A DNA stretch of 32,038 bases from a virus (taxonomy: Duplodnaviria; Caudoviricetes), in the IMG/VR virus record IMGVR_UViG_3300046786_000521, positions 1-32,038 of that record; one strand, written 5' to 3'. This document shows, one piece after another, positions 27,175 through 32,038 of this stretch. Each line of letters starts with the position of its first letter. Positions within the stretch are counted from its first letter, which is position 1. The position numbers were made by a program, and so were the translations under genes. A model generated the notes under the pieces. That model was given only the letters and a program-made list of their open reading frames with translations. It was not told the DNA's origin and searched no databases.

Positions 27175-27546
27175 TTAATCGCCTATGATAGTTGCAGGTG
27201 GAACCACTCCTTCATAATGTTGGAATGATAATAGAACGCATTGTGTTAATACAACCCCAACATAAAAGTTAAATGGAGTTAAATATTGCGTATTTAAGAC
27301 GCGCATCTTGAACATCCCACTATGCTGTGTGAATAATCCTTCAGGAATATCTGCATTACCTAAAATAGGAATGTGAATCAATCCTGCTGTTGGATATGGT
27401 TGCTCAATCAATGTAGTATAAACATTGTCGAATTTATCGGTGAATTCGATTAGGTAATCTAATGATTCATCTAATCCGCTCCACTTCATTGAAATGAATT
27501 CAGGGCAGGATGGTAATGTGTACGTAACGCATTCTAAACAGGACAT
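27175..27546 (-). CDS. Hypothetical beta-rich protein with N-terminal CxxC
   Basis: MSCLECV..PSCP; promoter box directly upstream. Confidence 0.7.
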   Translation of the reverse strand: MSCLECVTYTLPSCPEFISMKWSGLDESLDYLIEFTDKFDNVYTTLIEQPYPTAGLIHIPILGNADIPEGLFTQHSGMFKMRVLNTQYLTPFNFYVGVVLTQCVLLSFQHYEGVVPPATIIGD

Positions 27547-27563
27547 AATGGAAAATTTTAGTA

Positions 27564-27610
27564 CAAATATACTTATTCACACCAATTAGTGGAAAATAAT
27601 TGTATTTTTG
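27564..27610. promoter_or_regulatory. Back-to-back -7 boxes
   Basis: Minus TATATTTG 27571-27564; plus TATTTTTG 27603-27610; no clear -33 boxes. Confidence 0.5.
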
Positions 27611-27614
27611 TTAC

Positions 27615-27685
27615 GCATTGCGGGGTGGTAGCCGTAGTGGTTGGTTATTGGGAAAGGGGGTGCAGAAATGTGCCTCCTTTTTTTT
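27615..27685 (+). ncRNA. Candidate small RNA 2
   Basis: -7 box upstream, G/U-rich body, plus-strand-specific terminator. Confidence 0.5.
27656..27685 (+). terminator. Intrinsic terminator with a GAAA tetraloop
   Basis: GGGGGTGCA-GAAA-TGTGCCTCC-T8; its three G-U pairs form only on the plus strand. Confidence 0.7.
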
Positions 27686-28925
27686 ATTTAGCCTTTAGGA
27701 ACCATCCCATAAAACTATTGCACCAATATCTGAACGTATCTAACGCATCGGCTTGTTGTGTTGCATCTGCACGATTGCTTTTTTCAATCTTGCCATCCTC
27801 ACTGATTTTCACGTTTTTAAGGTCATAAATCAGTGCTTTTGCCTTTTTATCTTGGATTTGTACCCCATAATTGGCTAACAAACTATTAACTAATACCTGA
27901 TTCTCTTGAATTGGTGGATTTATGATTGGCTGACGCATTTGTCCACTTCCTAAACGCAATCGGGTACGAATAACTGTATAATAGTTCAAATTGTCCTTGA
28001 CTAATGCTGATGTGTTTCGTCCTGTAGCATCCCCTGTGACAATGTATAGACAATTTGGGTAGTATGATAGGATGTAATCACATAGTGCGTAAATGTCGGA
28101 ATTTTCGAGTTTGATAGTTTCCAATACCCATATGGTCCTATCGTAATGTTGGACAACACTACACGAAATGGGATTCTTGTTAAAGTCAAATGATAGGTAA
28201 ACAGGCTCATTCTTATTAAGGTTGATTGGTTGATCAGTAACGTGCTTTTTGCTATCAAATGCAAATGCCCACAGCATTCCTTTCAAGTCCACATCCTCTG
28301 CCAAATATTCGCAACGGAAATATAAATCACTCATTGTTCGCTTGGCAGAATCTACCTCGCTTGATAGAATATGCGGATTGTCATAAGTTGTAAATGTCCA
28401 CGATTGCCATTCGTGGCTGAAATCAGGATTATCTCGCAAATGATATAGTTCTTTGAAATAGGTATCGCCAAATTTAGGGGTAGACAAGAACCACGCATCC
28501 CCTACATAGTCGGTTAGTGTCGCACGGATGGTACCATTCCACGCTTGTTCCAACTTACGCGCCTTTTCGCACTCATCAATCACCACGCGTTTGTACTTTC
28601 TACCTCGTCCACTATCAGGCTCATCCAATGACCACATATCAATAACTCCACCTGTGATCAATCGGATTTGTTTCAACTGCTCATTCTTAGATGCAATAAC
28701 TTCATAGCACGTTTCGGTTATTACGCGCCAAAAGTCCGCTAAGTCCTTGTAAGTTGGGGAATAGTATGCAACAGGGAAGCCATCTAAAGCAGGCTCAATG
28801 ATTAGTTCTTCTGCTAATGATGTTTTCCCAAATCTTCGACCACATTTTAGTACATTGAAACGCTTGGCAGTTTGAATGATGTGTTCCTGATTAACGTGCC
28901 TACTTTTTAATTTGACTGTCTTCAC
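27684..28925 (-). CDS. terL: Terminase large subunit
   Basis: Walker A GRRFGKT, Walker B VVIDE, LSTP coupling motif, SFDFN and DALD..RY nuclease motifs. Confidence 0.93.
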   Translation of the reverse strand: MKTVKLKSRHVNQEHIIQTAKRFNVLKCGRRFGKTSLAEELIIEPALDGFPVAYYSPTYKDLADFWRVITETCYEVIASKNEQLKQIRLITGGVIDMWSLDEPDSGRGRKYKRVVIDECEKARKLEQAWNGTIRATLTDYVGDAWFLSTPKFGDTYFKELYHLRDNPDFSHEWQSWTFTTYDNPHILSSEVDSAKRTMSDLYFRCEYLAEDVDLKGMLWAFAFDSKKHVTDQPINLNKNEPVYLSFDFNKNPISCSVVQHYDRTIWVLETIKLENSDIYALCDYILSYYPNCLYIVTGDATGRNTSALVKDNLNYYTVIRTRLRLGSGQMRQPIINPPIQENQVLVNSLLANYGVQIQDKKAKALIYDLKNVKISEDGKIEKSNRADATQQADALDTFRYWCNSFMGWFLKAK

Positions 28926-29175
28926 GAATTACTACAATTTTGTTATCGGTTACTGAAACATCGTTTTTCATCTCGGTAGGTATTAGTTTCGATGCTATCT
29001 TGTAGAATTCGGTAGTGTTTTCTTTTGCCCAAGTAGTTAGATTTGCTCTTGGATCATCCTGAAGTTCAGACATAGTAGTTTGTACCATCTCTTTGAACTC
29101 CCTTGTTAATTTGCTGACTGCGCCTTTCGGTCTGCCTCCACGATTAATCGGTTGACCTTCTCCAAATTTTGCCAT
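28900..29175 (-). CDS. terS: Terminase small subunit
   Basis: KFG.G...GGRPKG N-terminus; overlaps the terL start. Confidence 0.7.
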   Translation of the reverse strand: MAKFGEGQPINRGGRPKGAVSKLTREFKEMVQTTMSELQDDPRANLTTWAKENTTEFYKIASKLIPTEMKNDVSVTDNKIVVIREDSQIKK

Positions 29176-29198
29176 AATTAGCCGTTTTTTTTCAGTTT

Positions 29199-29591
29199 TT
29201 AAGTGGTTAGGTAGTTATCCACAACTTCTCTAAATTCATCGAATGAATGACATATTTTACATTCATAACCCAAAGATAGCATTTTTTCCATAAAGTGAAC
29301 CTGTGATAAGGTTGGCTTTCCTTCAGGAGATTTCATTTCTATAAATAATCCTGCAAATTTGCTATTAGGTTTTGGCATAAATAGGTCACTTACCCCTGCA
29401 AGCAGTCCTTCATCCTTTAACCTAACTGCTTCAATTACGTTTCTGCTTCCTCCGTTAGGGATGGAGAAGATAATCAATTGCGGATAGGCAAAACGGAACC
29501 AACGCACACAATTCTTTTGAATATCGGATTCGTGGTGCTTAATTTTCTTTTTAGCAGGTGCTTCAGTGCTTTTATACTTATTCCAAGTCAT
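29199..29591 (-). CDS. VRR-NUC domain nuclease
   Basis: ESDIQ, IPNGG.R, GVSDL, FIEMK, Q..F motifs. Confidence 0.88.
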   Translation of the reverse strand: MTWNKYKSTEAPAKKKIKHHESDIQKNCVRWFRFAYPQLIIFSIPNGGSRNVIEAVRLKDEGLLAGVSDLFMPKPNSKFAGLFIEMKSPEGKPTLSQVHFMEKMLSLGYECKICHSFDEFREVVDNYLTT

Positions 29592-29683
29592 TAATCGTCA
29601 TTTAGGGATTTAAACAATAGGATTAGTCCAATAATTAGTAACACGGTGCTAAATTCTAATAAGATTACGATTTGATTATCCAT
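29591..29683 (-). CDS. Single-TM micro-protein, 30 aa (MDNQIVILLEFSTVLLIIGLILLFKSLNDD)
   Basis: Overlaps the endolysin stop and is TAATG-coupled to VRR-NUC; not in the ORF track. Confidence 0.55.
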   Translation of the reverse strand: MDNQIVILLEFSTVLLIIGLILLFKSLNDD

Positions 29684-30164
29684 AGATTGCTTTCCATACG
29701 TTAGGGGTGTATTTGACATAGGTCATCTTACCTAATAAATTGCGCTTGGCTACCCATACCTCCTTTCGGTTAGGCTTAGCTGATGTGTAGGAGCAATGAA
29801 TCCATTTAGGCTGTCCATTCAGGTAATCTTCAGCAATCAATTGATCAAATTCAACATTATTCAATAGGAATAGGAATAATTCCTTGTTTGATTTTCCATT
29901 GGTCATCACTAAATCCAATGCTTCGCCTTTTATATGTTGGCTTGTTGGTTCTCCACCTATGGCTGAATTCAATTTTGGGCAACGATAACCACTACTGATA
30001 ATTATTGGAACACCAAAATGCTCTCTTGCAGGTTCAAATATCTTTTGTGCAGTGACTAACAAATTGGCTAACGCTTCCTTTGTAGGGGTGTTATCAATTC
30101 CTTTGCGCAATGCTGTACCGCTATGCGTCAATTCTGCGAGTGATAAGTGAGTGCTTATTTGCAT
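29676..30164 (-). CDS. Peptidase M15 family endolysin
   Basis: SSGYRC..LN..IGG...SQH..GEALD and WIHCS zinc-binding motifs. Confidence 0.88.
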   Translation of the reverse strand: MQISTHLSLAELTHSGTALRKGIDNTPTKEALANLLVTAQKIFEPAREHFGVPIIISSGYRCPKLNSAIGGEPTSQHIKGEALDLVMTNGKSNKELFLFLLNNVEFDQLIAEDYLNGQPKWIHCSYTSAKPNRKEVWVAKRNLLGKMTYVKYTPNVWKAIYG

Positions 30165-30183
30165 TTTAGTGTCATTTAATACT

Positions 30184-30191
30184 CAAAAGTA
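30184..30191 (-). promoter_or_regulatory. -7 promoter box TACTTTTG
   Basis: TAnnTTTG in the gap upstream of the endolysin. Confidence 0.45.
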
Positions 30192-30210
30192 GTGGTTTTT
30201 GTGCGTTTTA

Positions 30211-30813
30211 TTACCATTTGCCCTCTTTTACTTCATAAAATCCAACTTTATACTTGATTTGCTCATTGTATAGGCGAATTGCATCTTGCTCATCCTCAAT
30301 TACCCAACCTAAATTCAGAAATCTAACGCAATCATCACAATTGCAAGGTGACTTATCACGATAGACGCGCTTCCATATGCGTTGCAAAAACCAATCCATT
30401 GGAAGAATCTCCAATCCTTTCTTGTTTTCTAATGGATGGGTAGTCATTTCTGACTTCATCATCTCTGACCTGTACTTTTTTAGATATCCTGCCATATATT
30501 CACGCATATATTGGTTGCGCTTTTCCTTGCGGATATTGGCTGATTCTTCTTGCGTTTGAACAACTACATCTTCAGATGATGTTTTTTCTGCCTTTTTAAT
30601 GCTTTTACGCTTCTTAAAGATTTCTGACGATAAAATGTACTCTACTTCTCCATTCTTGCGTCTAATCGGATAAAAAGTGCTTCTGCTGCTATCGTACATC
30701 ATATTCACCTTGATGTACATTGTGTCCTTCAGCACATACAATCGCTTTTCTTCATAATTAATGAAGTAATTGTGCATTGTTTCAAAATCAAATGTTTTTG
30801 GTTCGTAGTTCAT
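30211..30813 (-). CDS. Hypothetical protein
   Basis: 200-aa basic ORF; RNQYMREYM and CNCDDC motifs. Confidence 0.7.
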   Translation of the reverse strand: MNYEPKTFDFETMHNYFINYEEKRLYVLKDTMYIKVNMMYDSSRSTFYPIRRKNGEVEYILSSEIFKKRKSIKKAEKTSSEDVVVQTQEESANIRKEKRNQYMREYMAGYLKKYRSEMMKSEMTTHPLENKKGLEILPMDWFLQRIWKRVYRDKSPCNCDDCVRFLNLGWVIEDEQDAIRLYNEQIKYKVGFYEVKEGKW

Positions 30814-30829
30814 ATTATTGGTCGGTTGA

Positions 30830-31771
30830 TTAAAAAAGTTTGGTTTGATTTAATAATGGTTGTATGCGCTTATTGGCAATTTTGATATATTCTTCACTCA
30901 TTTCACTACCGATAAATTGTCTATTGGCTCTGATGGATGCAATGGCTGTGCTTCCACTACCCATAAACGGATCATAAATAATCCCACCTTCAGGACATCC
31001 TGCTAAAATTGGTTTACGGATTAATTCATCATTATATTGGGCGTAATGTTTTTCTCCGCTTGGTTTGGTCTGAATATCCCAAAAATCTGCTACATCGCCC
31101 GGATTTTTACCTAATGGATTACAAAATCTATCACCCATTTTATCTGCATCAATTTCACCTATTGAATCGTGATTGGATTTCCAACCATATTCAATTCTTT
31201 GGATAGACGAATCTTTATGTTTACCTCTAACTGCATCCAAATCAAAATAATATTTTTTAGATTTTACCATAAAAAAGAAATATTCGTGCTTTTTAGTAAA
31301 TCTATCAGTTACAGGTTCAGGCATTCCATTTCTTTTTGCCCAAATAATATCATTTCTAACTATCCATCCGCGATCAATACATCCAATAGCAAATCTATGA
31401 GGAATTAAAATCAAACATTTATCTAAAAATCCTTTTTGTCCACCTCTGCCTGCTTTAGTTCCTGTTGAAACAATTGGTTGATCATTATATTTATTTTTCC
31501 TATCACCTGCCCAACCTGAATTATTATATGTATCTCCTAAATTAATCCATACTGTTCCTGATGGTTTTAATACGCGATATATTTCATCCATCATTTCCCA
31601 AAGATGTTCAAGATATTCTTTGAATGTTGGCTCTAATCCCCATTGACCTTCATATCCATAATCACGCAGTTGCCAATAAGGTGGTGATGAAATAACACAA
31701 TCAATGGAATTATCTTCCATTTTTCTCAATGTTTCAAGACACGGTTCTTGGTAAATTTTGTTTAGTTGCAT
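30830..31771 (-). CDS. DNA amino-methyltransferase (N4-C/N6-A, beta class)
   Basis: SPPY catalytic motif before the DPFMGSGST SAM-binding motif. Confidence 0.92.
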   Translation of the reverse strand: MQLNKIYQEPCLETLRKMEDNSIDCVISSPPYWQLRDYGYEGQWGLEPTFKEYLEHLWEMMDEIYRVLKPSGTVWINLGDTYNNSGWAGDRKNKYNDQPIVSTGTKAGRGGQKGFLDKCLILIPHRFAIGCIDRGWIVRNDIIWAKRNGMPEPVTDRFTKKHEYFFFMVKSKKYYFDLDAVRGKHKDSSIQRIEYGWKSNHDSIGEIDADKMGDRFCNPLGKNPGDVADFWDIQTKPSGEKHYAQYNDELIRKPILAGCPEGGIIYDPFMGSGSTAIASIRANRQFIGSEMSEEYIKIANKRIQPLLNQTKLF

Positions 31772-31780
31772 TTTGTTCGG

Positions 31781-32038
31781 TTATTTGTTTAAGTAAGAAA
31801 ATATGTGAGCAATGACATCAATTGTCCATCCATTGCCAAGCATTTTATGTGCTTGTGTTTTACTAATAATATTAGTATATCCTTCTTTTACCGTTTGAAG
31901 TTTCTCTACTTCATCTCTTTCAAGCATTCTTATTTTATCTTTTGTCTTGTTTAAATAATAGTTTTTTGAATGATTTTTAGCAGTTGTTAAACAATTAGAT
32001 TTGGATTCATAAATACTTTTAAGTTGATTCAATTTTAT
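31781..32038 (-). CDS. DNA cytosine-C5 methyltransferase, C-terminal part (cut by the window edge)
   Basis: IRML...EVEKLQT and KMLGNGWTIDVIAHIF resemble C5-MTase motifs IX and X. Confidence 0.75.
   Translation of the reverse strand: MKLNQLKSIYESKSNCLTTAKNHSKNYYLNKTKDKIRMLERDEVEKLQTVKEGYTNIISKTQAHKMLGNGWTIDVIAHIFSYLNK

Noticed and set aside
27589-27828. 79-aa plus-strand ORF
   Set aside because: Starts upstream of the predicted TSS, crosses a terminator and overlaps terL antisense
1-32038. tRNA, integrase, reverse transcriptase/DGR, intron or intein, tail sheath, stop-codon reassignment
   Set aside because: No supporting motifs seen by eye; genes are intact under the standard code and TAA, TAG and TGA all occur as stops

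Overview
A 32 kb segment of a tailed dsDNA phage, probably a siphovirus (tape measure and tail tube, no sheath gene seen). Repeated TAnnTTTG promoter boxes and A-rich leaders without Shine-Dalgarno sequences point to a Bacteroidota host. Almost all genes are on the minus strand. In transcription order they are: two DNA methyltransferases, M15 endolysin, VRR-NUC nuclease, terminase small and large subunits, three small Cys-motif genes, tail assembly chaperone with a -1 frameshift, tape measure, two tail-tip proteins, a glycosyltransferase, portal and MuF-like protein. An inverted thyX cassette follows, then scaffold, major capsid, neck genes, tail tube, two holin-like genes, tail fibre, metallophosphoesterase, a small-gene cluster with repeated leaders, RecT and an exonuclease. 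The most notable signals are near-total avoidance of CYRG tetramers (all 16 CCGG seen are forced by Pro-Gly), two plus-strand promoter-to-terminator sRNA candidates, a Cys-rich virion beside a CxxC membrane protein, and a glycosyltransferase inside the structural operon. Product calls come from motif recognition and synteny; no database search was run.
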